Source: Deltaproteobacteria bacterium
GTDB taxonomy: Bacteria > Myxococcota_A > UBA9160 > SZUA-336
Length of the DNA: 64,000 nucleotides
Assembly (NCBI GenBank): GCA_029261895.1
Contig: JAJDAK010000011.1
Coordinates: 3,424-67,423, forward strand
Direction of reading: 5' to 3'
The position numbers were made by a program, and so were the translations under genes. Positions within the stretch are counted from its first letter, which is position 1, and every line of letters begins with the position of its first letter. Shown piece by piece: positions 43,450 to 53,008 of this stretch. The notes below the pieces were generated by a model, which saw nothing but the letters and a program-made list of their open reading frames with translations, had not been told where the DNA came from and searched no databases.

Positions 43450-45248
43450 TTCGCAAGCTCTTCGGCATCTGGATGCTCGTACTATTGCCGCTCGGTGCCC
43501 CTGCAGAACCGCAACGTTGCGATGACTATAACGCCGAACGGAACGCCTACTTCGGCGACACCCACGTTCATACCGCGCTCAGCTTCGACGCAAACGCATT
43601 GGGCGTGCGCAACACGCCCTACGATGCGTATCGCTTTGCTCAGGGTGAACGTGTCGGCCTACAGCCCTACGATCCCAACGATCGCCCGCTTCGTTCGGTA
43701 AAGCTTGGGCGACCGCTCGACTTCGCCATCGTCACAGATCACGCGAGTTTGCTAGGTGAGATTCGACTTTGCCAACAGCCCGACTCGGGAGCGCACGAAT
43801 CTGCGGTCTGCCGGTTGTATCGACGCTGGCCGCTCCTCGCTTACTTCGTGGTCAACAGCCGGACATTCAACGTAGCCAACCCGATGCGCTACTCGTTCTG
43901 CGGAGAAAACGGTCAGCTCTGCCGCGATGCGGCCGCGGCACCGTGGAAAATGATCCAAGACGCGGCGGATGCGGCAGATGATCCCTCCCCTATGTGTCGT
44001 TTCACCAGTTTTGTTGGTTACGAATGGAGTGGCGGCCCCGAATCCAAAATGATTCACCGTAATGTGATCTTTCGGAACCGGGTCGTTCCGGACCATCCGG
44101 TCGGCTATATCGACGAACCCACAGTCAAGGGCTTATGGTCATCGCTTCGCAAGAATTGTCTCGACCGGGATAACGGCTGCGACGTACTCACAATTCCTCA
44201 TAATTCAAATTTAAGCGGCGGCCTACTCTTTCAACATTCACCCGCAGATGCGAAAGAACGTGCCTTCTTCGAACCTCTCGTTGAAATCATGCAGCATAAG
44301 GGCGACTCGGAATGTAGTGTTGAGACCAGCCCAACCGAAGACGAACTCTGTGGTTTCGAAAAACTTCCCTTCGCACAGATGGATCAACAACCCTTTAAAT
44401 TTCTTTGGTCGCAAGCGAACTCGCAAAGTTACGTACGCGATGCACTCGGACGCGGCTTGATCGAAACTCAAAACGGCCGCGCCAATCCCTTCAAGTTTGG
44501 CATCATCGCTTCCACCGATTCGCATCTGGGTACCCCCGGGCTGGTGGATGAATCCGCTTATCCCGGGCACGGTGCCGGCGGCGATACGAGTCGGGTTGAA
44601 ATCGCGGCACGTCCTGACGCGGCCGAGTTCAACCCGGGCGGTCTCGCGGTGGTCTGGGCGGAAGAAAACTCCCGCGAGGCGATTTTTAAAGCCATGCGCC
44701 GTCGCGAAACCTATGGCACGAGTGGCCCTCGCATTCGGCTACGTTTTTTCGCGGGGAGCGGTCTCGCTGAGGACCTCTGTGAACGCTCCGATTTCGTAAG
44801 TCAGGGTTATGCCCATGGCGTGCCGATGGGTGGCACGTTAAAGCTGGAGCCTGGCGGGGCGGCGCCACGCTTCGCCGTCTGGGCGGGTCAGGATCCCGAC
44901 GGCAACCTCCTGCGGAAAATCCAAATCGTTAAACTCAGTGTTCGTGGCGACGAAATCTTAGAACGTGTGCATGACGTGGCCACCCATCCGGGTCAGGAGG
45001 CGAGCGTCGATCTCAACACCTGTAAGACCTTCGGCTCCGGCGCCTCCTCACTTTGCGCCGTTTGGCGCGACCCCGACTATCAAGCACACGAACAGTCCAC
45101 CTACTATGTTCGCGTGCTCGAGAACCCCAGCTGCCGCTGGACGCAGCACCTCTGTATTCGTAATCCTAACGCCTGCTCGGACGTGCCGCCGATCCAGCAA
45201 GAGCGTGCGTGGAGTTCTCCTATCTGGCTGGGCAATCCGGTACACTAG
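43446..45248 (+). CDS. Secreted DUF3604-like protein (PHP-type metal-dependent phosphoesterase fold predicted)
   Basis: 600 aa. Signal peptide, then YFGDTHVHTALSFDA close to the N-terminus. Confidence 0.55.
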   Translation: MIRKLFGIWMLVLLPLGAPAEPQRCDDYNAERNAYFGDTHVHTALSFDANALGVRNTPYDAYRFAQGERVGLQPYDPNDRPLRSVKLGRPLDFAIVTDHASLLGEIRLCQQPDSGAHESAVCRLYRRWPLLAYFVVNSRTFNVANPMRYSFCGENGQLCRDAAAAPWKMIQDAADAADDPSPMCRFTSFVGYEWSGGPESKMIHRNVIFRNRVVPDHPVGYIDEPTVKGLWSSLRKNCLDRDNGCDVLTIPHNSNLSGGLLFQHSPADAKERAFFEPLVEIMQHKGDSECSVETSPTEDELCGFEKLPFAQMDQQPFKFLWSQANSQSYVRDALGRGLIETQNGRANPFKFGIIASTDSHLGTPGLVDESAYPGHGAGGDTSRVEIAARPDAAEFNPGGLAVVWAEENSREAIFKAMRRRETYGTSGPRIRLRFFAGSGLAEDLCERSDFVSQGYAHGVPMGGTLKLEPGGAAPRFAVWAGQDPDGNLLRKIQIVKLSVRGDEILERVHDVATHPGQEASVDLNTCKTFGSGASSLCAVWRDPDYQAHEQSTYYVRVLENPSCRWTQHLCIRNPNACSDVPPIQQERAWSSPIWLGNPVH

Positions 45249-45282
45249 CGCCAGCATTTTTTCTCAGAGCTAGGGAGGACTG

Positions 45283-45759
45283 ATGAGTACAACGATCGCT
45301 TCGCCTTCACCGATCGACACAAGTCTTGTTTCGTACGACGCGATTCCTTGGGCCGAGCTCATTCCTGGAATTGAAATCCGCATGCTGAGAACCGGGGAAG
45401 GCTCTGGAACCTACACGGTAATGAGTCGTTTTGCGCCAGGCACGGTTCTGCCCAAGCACTACCATCTGGGTTGCGTGCATGCGTATACGATTTCAGGCGA
45501 GTGGTTTTACCAGGAATACGATTGGGTCGCCGGTCCGGCGTCCTACATCTACGAACCCCCGGGGTCGACGCATACACTGGCGGTGGCAGACGCTGCCACT
45601 GAGCCCGCAGTAATCATCTTCGTGATCGATCAAGGCATGGAAATCTATGGCCCCAGCGGTGAGGTGCTCACTGTTGAGACGGCCGAAACAATCACCCAGA
45701 TGTATCGTGATGTGCTCAAGACAAAGGGGATTCCACTGCCGACTGGAATCCTCCCCTAA
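45283..45759 (+). CDS. Cupin-fold protein, 2,4'-dihydroxyacetophenone dioxygenase (Dad)-like family
   Basis: 158 aa. PKHYHLGCVHAYTISGEW. Confidence 0.55.
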   Translation: MSTTIASPSPIDTSLVSYDAIPWAELIPGIEIRMLRTGEGSGTYTVMSRFAPGTVLPKHYHLGCVHAYTISGEWFYQEYDWVAGPASYIYEPPGSTHTLAVADAATEPAVIIFVIDQGMEIYGPSGEVLTVETAETITQMYRDVLKTKGIPLPTGILP

Positions 45760-45773
45760 CTCGACTTTGGGTT

Positions 45774-46868
45774 CTACGAATCCCCGCCCACCCGAGCGAG
45801 CTCGGCATCAATGACGCGCGTGAACGCGCTCAGCGGTTGTGCACCCGAGAGCGGAATCCCGTTAATGAAAAAGTGCGGTGTACCGTTTACGCCTGCCGCT
45901 GCTCCCGCTTGAGTGTCCACATTCACCTGCTCAGCAAAACGATTCTCACTCACGCAAGCTTTGAAGCCGTTGAGATCCAGACCCGCTTTCTCGGCCACTT
46001 TTTCTAGATCTTCCGCCGCGAGACTTCCCCCCACGTCGGTGAAAATCAACTTGTGATATTCCCAGAACTTCCCCTGGTCATCCGCACAGGCCGCAGCTTC
46101 CGCCGCAGGCTTTGCGCGCGCGTGAAACTCCAATGGATAGTGGCGGTACACCAGGCGGATCTTGCCCTTATAGCGCTCCATCACCTGCTTGACGGTGGGC
46201 TCAGCGCGCTTGCAGAACGGGCATTCGTAGTCGCTGAATTCCACCAATGTAATCGGAGCATCCGCGGGTCCCATCGAGGGTCCGGTTGGATCTACCGGAA
46301 TTCGCGGCGGTTCGATATTGACCGCAACCCCCGCGTCCACGCGCAAACCGGAGACAAACTTTTCAATCGACTCGCCACGACGCAGCTGACCGAGATAGAT
46401 GCCGATTCGCTCAGACATGTCGTCGAAACTCGCTTCACCGAATCGCTCAGCGTTTTCTTCATAGAAACTCTGCACTTCTGCTTCGGTTACCTCACCCACC
46501 TTCTCGGATTCGCGCGTGAGTAGCTCCTCCGCTGTTAACCCTTCTTTCGCAGCCGCAGCCTCGATCAAGCGCTTTTGGATCAGTCGATCCAAACCGGTGG
46601 ATCGCAGTTCATACAGACCCGACTCATCCAGTTCTTCCGTCTGTTGTTCCCAGAGTTCTTCTTTGAGATGGGTGGTGAGTTCGGCCTCGCTGATCGGAAC
46701 CCCGTTCAACTCTGCGACAATGGTGTTACCGCTTTCAGCGATCGATCCGGCTGCAGCTGCTTCTGGATTGGAAGCATCGGTAGGCGCTGAAGAATCCGCG
46801 GTCCCCTGGGGCTCACATCCGAGCGCCAGTGCGGCAATAATGAAGGCGGAGAAACACACACGGATCAT
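45774..46868 (-). CDS. DsbA-family thiol:disulfide oxidoreductase lipoprotein with an N-terminal SurA-like chaperone domain
   Basis: 364 aa. Lipobox LALGC. Thioredoxin motif EFSDYECPFCKR. Confidence 0.75.
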   Translation of the reverse strand: MIRVCFSAFIIAALALGCEPQGTADSSAPTDASNPEAAAAGSIAESGNTIVAELNGVPISEAELTTHLKEELWEQQTEELDESGLYELRSTGLDRLIQKRLIEAAAAKEGLTAEELLTRESEKVGEVTEAEVQSFYEENAERFGEASFDDMSERIGIYLGQLRRGESIEKFVSGLRVDAGVAVNIEPPRIPVDPTGPSMGPADAPITLVEFSDYECPFCKRAEPTVKQVMERYKGKIRLVYRHYPLEFHARAKPAAEAAACADDQGKFWEYHKLIFTDVGGSLAAEDLEKVAEKAGLDLNGFKACVSENRFAEQVNVDTQAGAAAGVNGTPHFFINGIPLSGAQPLSAFTRVIDAELARVGGDS

Positions 46869-46935
46869 CTGGGGGTTCCTTTCGATACGGTTTCGGAATC
46901 GCTCCGAAACGCGGCAAGAGTATCACGAGGGGTAT

Positions 46936-48531
46936 TCACCTGCTCGACACAGGCTGTAAATCCGCTTCGCCGTTCCGGTAGAGCGGTTCCATCAAGCCGA
47001 CGACGTCTGAGTTCAAATAGTCGGCGTGTGCACCGATCGGATCCAACCAGCCCAAGGTAAAGTCGACCATCGGTCGTGCAAGGTTTTCAAAGAAGATCCC
47101 CTCCTGGATCTCGTCCGAAGCGTCTACCGCGAAAGCGCCGCTACAAATCGGCAGGTGGCAGCCGTCCGCGAGCGAGCGCTGAAACTCTTCCATCGAAAAA
47201 ACCGGAGGAACATCTCGCTCGAGAATTCCGTGCGTCACAACGCGCCCAACGGATTCATGCAACACCCCAAGATTGAAAAAGCCTTTACTGCGTCGACCCC
47301 AGGGTACTTCCTTACCCGCCACGCGCGAAAGCGCCTCGACTGGAATTTCGACCAGCGGGATCTGCGCCAAGGTGTCCATCACATGATCAACGGGATGCGT
47401 CGCTAGCCCGCGCGTCTGCGTGTACGCATAGCTGATCGGTGTCGACACGATGGTAAATGCCAAACTCGCCGGAATACTCAGGACTTCGGCAAGCGAGCGT
47501 CGCAGTCGAAACCCGGTATCGCCAGGCAGAGACATATGCGGCCGCGGGATTCGAACGTTCGAATTCGGATCCATCGGTCGCATGCGCTCCGGCAGCGGCG
47601 CCTGCATGATGTCCTTCATCATATCTGCCGTGACTTCCATGGTCGACATCGTCGTATCGACTGCGGTACCCACGCCACTTTCGACGTAACTGAAGACGTA
47701 ACGCCGAAAGAACGCCTCAAAAAGCGTAAAACTAAATGCGTTCAAAGGAATATTGGCGACGGGAAACAAGAAACCGTTGGCATGGTCGTGCGCACTTTGG
47801 GTAACGAGAATCGGATACTCGGCGTCGTTGTGCAGACTCGGTCGTGCGAGCGCTGGCTGAATCATCAATGCAGCACTTACACGACTCGCACCGGCGAATG
47901 GTTCGGCTTTAACGGGGAACGGACCGAGGCGATTCTGCATCAGCCCCGACAAGACACGCGTGCCAAAACTATGACCGATCAGATACACGGGTGGCGATTT
48001 TTCGACATCGGGGTAGACGGAGGAAAAAATCACGTTGAGTGCGCTACGGAGACCCCCGAAGCCAATGCGGTCGGCCATCGCAGCTTTCGACCAAAATGAA
48101 ATCGGAAACAAGAGCTGGTCCGGAATGAAAGCGAGTGAATCCGCGATGATGGGGAGCGGAATCACATCGTTCAAAAGTTTGCGAAAACCTGTTTGTGACG
48201 AATCCCAACCAACAGCGATAACCGCGGTTTCACGGAGATCGAGCGCCGACTCCTTACTGAAGTCATCCAACAAGTGCCGATACGTCGAATACGAGACCTC
48301 ACCGTCATTCGCCCAGCCGTAACTGATGACCAAAATACGCTTGATCCCGAGATGAGCGCGCATTTCCTGAACGGCGAGTTCGACCTCGAAGGGGTCCACG
48401 AGATTTCCCCAACGATTAAAGGACAACACGTAGAGCCCGTGAAACATGGGCTCTTGCGCCTTCGCGGCGCTGGCCATCAGGCCCGCGGTCGCGATCAAAA
48501 GCACCAATAACGTGGCGGATAGATTTTTCAC
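46936..48531 (-). CDS. Secreted alpha/beta-hydrolase-fold protein (DUF900-like esterase/lipase)
   Basis: 531 aa. Signal peptide. GxSxG nucleophile motif VYLIGHSFGTRV. Confidence 0.55.
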   Translation of the reverse strand: MKNLSATLLVLLIATAGLMASAAKAQEPMFHGLYVLSFNRWGNLVDPFEVELAVQEMRAHLGIKRILVISYGWANDGEVSYSTYRHLLDDFSKESALDLRETAVIAVGWDSSQTGFRKLLNDVIPLPIIADSLAFIPDQLLFPISFWSKAAMADRIGFGGLRSALNVIFSSVYPDVEKSPPVYLIGHSFGTRVLSGLMQNRLGPFPVKAEPFAGASRVSAALMIQPALARPSLHNDAEYPILVTQSAHDHANGFLFPVANIPLNAFSFTLFEAFFRRYVFSYVESGVGTAVDTTMSTMEVTADMMKDIMQAPLPERMRPMDPNSNVRIPRPHMSLPGDTGFRLRRSLAEVLSIPASLAFTIVSTPISYAYTQTRGLATHPVDHVMDTLAQIPLVEIPVEALSRVAGKEVPWGRRSKGFFNLGVLHESVGRVVTHGILERDVPPVFSMEEFQRSLADGCHLPICSGAFAVDASDEIQEGIFFENLARPMVDFTLGWLDPIGAHADYLNSDVVGLMEPLYRNGEADLQPVSSR

Positions 48532-48656
48532 GGGCCGCAGTATCCCTCTGTAGCACTCGCTTGGATAGGCATGGCAGCTCGAGACCGGGATTTTCCTTGA
48601 CCTCCCCCGGGCTCATTCGTATGCTTGGACGAAATTTGAGGAGGACTCAATTTTAA

Positions 48657-50240
48657 ATGACCCGCCCTCACGACTTCAAACGGAACTCGTCCCAAGACTG
48701 GCCCTTCCCCTTTTCAGCACCGGGGCGACCCAAGAAGCGTGCACTACCTGCGCGCACCGAATCCCGATGGCCTTTCACAAGCATCGACGCGCTGGACTCC
48801 GAACAGCCCCCACCCGTATTTGTGCGCAGTCCGGTTTCGGTCGAAAGTCTCAAGAAGGAACTGCTCGGCTTCGCCGATGATGTCGGCGTCATCTCGATCG
48901 ACCATCCTGCGATCGCACACGAGCGCGATGAGATTCGTTACGTCTACCCGCATGCAAAGTCGTTGATCTGTCTGATTGGCAAAGAAAATAAGGCGGCCAT
49001 GCAGTCGCGCTACCTACCCACGGCCAATCACGAGCTCTACACCTGCGAAGAGCGCATCTTCGAAATGGGTCGTCGCACGATCGAATATATCGAAACACTT
49101 GGCGGCGCGGGACTCACCACGACCATTGGCTGGCCACAAGAAGTTTCTCAACGCTGGGCGGATAAAATCTGGCCGCTGTCGCATAGGTTGGTCGCGCAGG
49201 CGGCAGGTCTTGGCGTGATCGGAACCAGTCGAAATTTCTTACACAAGAAGTTCGGTGCCTATTGCTTGATCGATACCGTCGTATCGAACTTGGAATTTCC
49301 CGATCGTGAATTCGACCAGACCTCGGAATGGAATCCGTGCCTCAACTGCAATCTATGTGTGGCATCCTGCCCAACCGACGCCATTAAAAGCGACGGTGAT
49401 TTCGACTTCTTCGCCTGTTACAACCACACCTACCGCGATTCGATACCGGGGTTCCTCGATCTCGTACAGGATCTTGGCGCTGCCAAACCGAAGCGCTTCG
49501 CCAAGCGCTGGAACGACTCCGAGATCGCGGCACTTTGGCAATCCCTTTCGTTCAAGGTCGAGTACCGCTGCTTCAACTGCGTGGCAACGTGTCCTGCAGA
49601 AATTCACGGACCGTTCCATGCTGACCGTGGCGTGCGGCGCGACTACCTCGATCATGTGATGAAGCCGCTCGCCCATACCCGTCGTCATGTCGAGGAACAG
49701 TTCGTCATCGACACACCATCGGCGCGCGAAGAATTCGGCATACCGCCCGGACAGTGGCGAACGCGTCCAGATATTACGCGCCCCAACGCGCGCGGCACCC
49801 GGCTCGTCAACCTGCAGCGCATCCGCACATCGAATATCGATTCGATGATGCGTAATATGCCGCATTACTTTCGCGGGACCGAAGCGCGCGGCCTCGACTT
49901 CGTGGCCCACCTCGCGTTTAGCGGCGATGGGGGTGGTGACTGGACATTGCGCATCGCCGAACAACGCTGTCAGGTCGTTCCCGAAGCGCCGCCGAAAGCC
50001 GACCTTCGACTACGCTGCGATGGCAGCCTGTTCTTACGCATTCACCGCGGCGAAACGAGCCCTGTTTGGGCACTGATCACAGGTCGATTGCGCCTCGATG
50101 GCCGGCGCGAACTCTTTCTTCATTTCGCTCGACTCTTTCCCTCAACGCTTGGGAATACTCTGCTCGAGCGAGCACAGTGGTATGGGAGACGGATATGGCA
50201 GCGCATTCAGAAACCTTGGCGGAAAAACCGAACGACGTAA
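48657..50240 (+). CDS. QueG/reductive-dehalogenase-like 2x[4Fe-4S] protein fused to a C-terminal SCP2 lipid-binding domain
   Basis: 527 aa. CLNCNLCVASCPTDAI and CFNCVATCPAE cluster motifs. The N-terminal block LLGFADDVGVISIDHPAIAHERDEIRYVYPHAKSLICL resembles QueG/RdhA. The SCP2-like block is DWTLRIAEQRCQVV...LITGRLRLDGRRELFLHFARLFP. Confidence 0.6.
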   Translation: MTRPHDFKRNSSQDWPFPFSAPGRPKKRALPARTESRWPFTSIDALDSEQPPPVFVRSPVSVESLKKELLGFADDVGVISIDHPAIAHERDEIRYVYPHAKSLICLIGKENKAAMQSRYLPTANHELYTCEERIFEMGRRTIEYIETLGGAGLTTTIGWPQEVSQRWADKIWPLSHRLVAQAAGLGVIGTSRNFLHKKFGAYCLIDTVVSNLEFPDREFDQTSEWNPCLNCNLCVASCPTDAIKSDGDFDFFACYNHTYRDSIPGFLDLVQDLGAAKPKRFAKRWNDSEIAALWQSLSFKVEYRCFNCVATCPAEIHGPFHADRGVRRDYLDHVMKPLAHTRRHVEEQFVIDTPSAREEFGIPPGQWRTRPDITRPNARGTRLVNLQRIRTSNIDSMMRNMPHYFRGTEARGLDFVAHLAFSGDGGGDWTLRIAEQRCQVVPEAPPKADLRLRCDGSLFLRIHRGETSPVWALITGRLRLDGRRELFLHFARLFPSTLGNTLLERAQWYGRRIWQRIQKPWRKNRTT

Positions 50241-50836
50241 GAAAACCGCGTTCGCGGGCCTGGCGTTGGGACCCTGAAGGGCGACGTGCACGCATTCTCC
50301 ACGCCGCCGCGCACGAGTTTGGCCGCAAGGGTTATCACGCAACCCGCGTGGAAGACATTGCGAAAGCCGCGGACGTCGCGGAGGGAACGGTCTACCACTG
50401 GTTTCGTACCAAACGCGGCTTGCTCATCGCCGTGGGCGACCGTTACGGACAAAGGCTAGCTGAGGCTGCGTTCGGCGGAATTGGGGCATCGCCGCAGCCA
50501 TCCGACGTGGAATCGGTCGTACAGAGCGTTTTTGCATTCGTGCGTGAAACCGAACAACCACTCGCGGCATTCATACTCTCGAACCAAACGGATGAAGGTG
50601 CACCCGCACAAGCCGCGAGTCGTGCACAGATGCTCGAAGCTATTCAGTCCGTACTCGACCTCTGGGTTCGAAGCGGCGAGGCGCCCGCGATGAATACGCA
50701 GATCGCCGCCAAGGTGCAATACGGTTTGGTCGAAGCCGCGCTGCGCACATGCTTTCTCGAGGAAGGCGGTGCGGATGAGGCCGCGTATCAAACTGAAGTC
50801 ACGCGTGCGCTACGCGCATCTCTGCACAAGCGCTAA
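50195..50836 (+). CDS. TetR-family transcriptional regulator
   Basis: ORF track 50066..50836. The ATG at about 50195 gives MAAHSE...ILHAAAHEFGRKGYHATRVEDIAKAADVAEGTVYHWF. It overlaps the preceding gene by 46 nt. Confidence 0.6.
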   Translation: MAAHSETLAEKPNDVRKPRSRAWRWDPEGRRARILHAAAHEFGRKGYHATRVEDIAKAADVAEGTVYHWFRTKRGLLIAVGDRYGQRLAEAAFGGIGASPQPSDVESVVQSVFAFVRETEQPLAAFILSNQTDEGAPAQAASRAQMLEAIQSVLDLWVRSGEAPAMNTQIAAKVQYGLVEAALRTCFLEEGGADEAAYQTEVTRALRASLHKR

Positions 50837-50849
50837 GACCTAAGCCGCG

Positions 50850-51269
50850 CTAGGGCTCCAGATCGTCAACGTCTAGCTGTCCACTCACGCGCCGGCGAAC
50901 CAATGACCAGCTCAGCCCTGCGGCTAGTACCCCGGACAGTACGAAGATCACGAGGTACGACACCACGCGAACGCTGTCGGTAGGCAATCCCGCGTACTCG
51001 ATCAGCAACCAGACGAGCGTGCCAAAAAAGGCCAGCGCTAGCGCCAATCCAAACGCGCCGAGCGAGCGCATGGTGGCGCGGAGAAAGACCGTCCAGGCGA
51101 TCAAGAGCACGACGCCGGCGAAGGCCTTCAGCGCGTCGAAATCGGGCAAGCCCGCGAGCGCCCAATGGTAGTAGGAGAATCCCTCCGGATTGTACGTAGC
51201 CAGAATGAGCAGCACCGCGGCCAAAAAGCGTATCCCCGCACCCGCCCAAGTGAATTCTCGATCCGACAT
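50850..51269 (-). CDS. Small integral membrane protein, function unknown
   Basis: 139 aa with 4 hydrophobic segments. Confidence 0.4.
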   Translation of the reverse strand: MSDREFTWAGAGIRFLAAVLLILATYNPEGFSYYHWALAGLPDFDALKAFAGVVLLIAWTVFLRATMRSLGAFGLALALAFFGTLVWLLIEYAGLPTDSVRVVSYLVIFVLSGVLAAGLSWSLVRRRVSGQLDVDDLEP

Positions 51270-51370
51270 CCCCCCTCCCCTTTTTCAAATGGAATCATAG
51301 CGTGTTACCGATGTCGCCAACCGGCATCAGAGTCTGAAACGGGTAAGATGCCCTGCACCTGGAGGAACAC

Positions 51371-52117
51371 GTGATGCTGAACGAGAAACAGATCAAACAA
51401 TGCGAGGACAGCCGCTGGGACTTTTCAGATCTCAACGCTCTGTTTTTGAATTGCACTTTAAAACGATCCCCCGAGCGTTCCCATACAGATGGGTTGGTTC
51501 AAATCTCGCGCGCGATCATGGAGAAAAACGGTGTGACGGTCGATGCGCTGCGACCTATCGATCATCAGCTCGCGTTTGGCGTCTACCCGGATATGACTCA
51601 AAAGGGTTGGGACCGCGACGATTGGCCGGAGATTTACGAAAAGGTAAAAAAGGCAGATATCTTGGTTCTCACTATGCCTATCTGGCTTGGCGAAAAATCT
51701 TCGGTCTGCACGCAGGTGATCGAGCGGCTCTACTCATCGTCGGGTGATCTGAACGCCAATGGCCAATACGCCTACTACGGACGTGTTGGCGGTTGCTTGG
51801 TCACGGGTAACGAGGACGGTGCGAAGCATTGCTCGATGAACGTGCTGTATTCGTTGCAACATTTAGGATACGTGATTCCCCCGCAAGCCGACGCCGCGTG
51901 GCTCGGCGAAGCTGGACCCGGTCCGTCCTATCTCGATGAAGGTTCCGGCGGGCCTGAGAATGAATTTACCAATCGCAATACCACCTTCATGACTTGGAAC
52001 TTGATGCACATGGCGCGCATGATTAAGGACGCGGGTGGTATTCCTGCACACGGCAATCAACGCTCGGAATGGGATGCCGGCTGTCGCTTCGATTACCCGA
52101 ACCCGGAGCATCGATAG
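51371..52117 (+). CDS. Flavodoxin-like fold NAD(P)H-dependent FMN reductase family protein
   Basis: 248 aa. ...ADILVLTMPIWLGEKSSV... Confidence 0.55.
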   Translation: MMLNEKQIKQCEDSRWDFSDLNALFLNCTLKRSPERSHTDGLVQISRAIMEKNGVTVDALRPIDHQLAFGVYPDMTQKGWDRDDWPEIYEKVKKADILVLTMPIWLGEKSSVCTQVIERLYSSSGDLNANGQYAYYGRVGGCLVTGNEDGAKHCSMNVLYSLQHLGYVIPPQADAAWLGEAGPGPSYLDEGSGGPENEFTNRNTTFMTWNLMHMARMIKDAGGIPAHGNQRSEWDAGCRFDYPNPEHR

Positions 52118-52120
52118 CCA

Positions 52121-53008
52121 TTGAGCCAAGGCAATGACGCGATCGATCGACCTATCATCGTGCTCGGTACGGGACGAAGCGGGACGTCGTTGTTTTTCGA
52201 CCTTCTCGCCTTTCACCCGCAGCTCGCTTGGTTTTCAAATTACGATGAGCGTTTCGGCTGGCCTCCATTCTGGGGGCTGCTGAACCGCGTCCACGACCTA
52301 CCGGGGATTTCGAATCGACTGAATCATACTTCGCGCTATATACCGCGACCGGTCGAGTCTTATCGAATGCTCGACCGCTGCACGTTTGGCTTGTTCACTG
52401 AAAATCGAGACCTTACGCGCAGCGACGCCACGGATCGTGTGCGCAAACGGTTTCGGAAGCAAGTCAGATGGCAGATGCAGCTACAGGGGAAACGGCGCTT
52501 CATTACCAAGTACACGGGCGTGCCGAGAACCGACTTCGTTCGAGAGATTTTTCCCGATGCCCGCTTTATCCACGTCTACCGTGATGGTCGTTCGGTCGCA
52601 AATTCGTTCTTGAACGTCGACTGGTGGCCCCAGGACGAAACGGGTTGGTGGTACGGCGAGATGCCGGCTGAAGTGCGAGAACGCTATGAAGCCTCTGGCC
52701 GTTCCCCCGTGGTGCTCGCGGGATTGGTTTGGTCCACGCTCGTCACCGCGATCGATCAGGAATTGAAAGCGATGCCCGAGAACCAAACGCTCAGCATTCG
52801 TTATGACGAACTCATCCGCGATCCGGTCGCGACGTTACAGCGGGCAACGGATTTCTGTGGTCTCAATCGATCTGACGACTTCGAAAATCATGTGCGTTCG
52901 ATACGCGTGAATGATCGCGACAATAAGTGGAAGCACGACCTAACCCCGGAGCAGCAGCGATTGCTTGAGGGTACGATCGAAGAAACCCTACGATGTTTCA
53001 ATTACTAA
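52121..53008 (+). CDS. Sulfotransferase-family protein
   Basis: 295 aa. PAPS 5'-phosphosulfate-binding loop IIVLGTGRSGTSLFF. Confidence 0.7.
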   Translation: MSQGNDAIDRPIIVLGTGRSGTSLFFDLLAFHPQLAWFSNYDERFGWPPFWGLLNRVHDLPGISNRLNHTSRYIPRPVESYRMLDRCTFGLFTENRDLTRSDATDRVRKRFRKQVRWQMQLQGKRRFITKYTGVPRTDFVREIFPDARFIHVYRDGRSVANSFLNVDWWPQDETGWWYGEMPAEVRERYEASGRSPVVLAGLVWSTLVTAIDQELKAMPENQTLSIRYDELIRDPVATLQRATDFCGLNRSDDFENHVRSIRVNDRDNKWKHDLTPEQQRLLEGTIEETLRCFNY

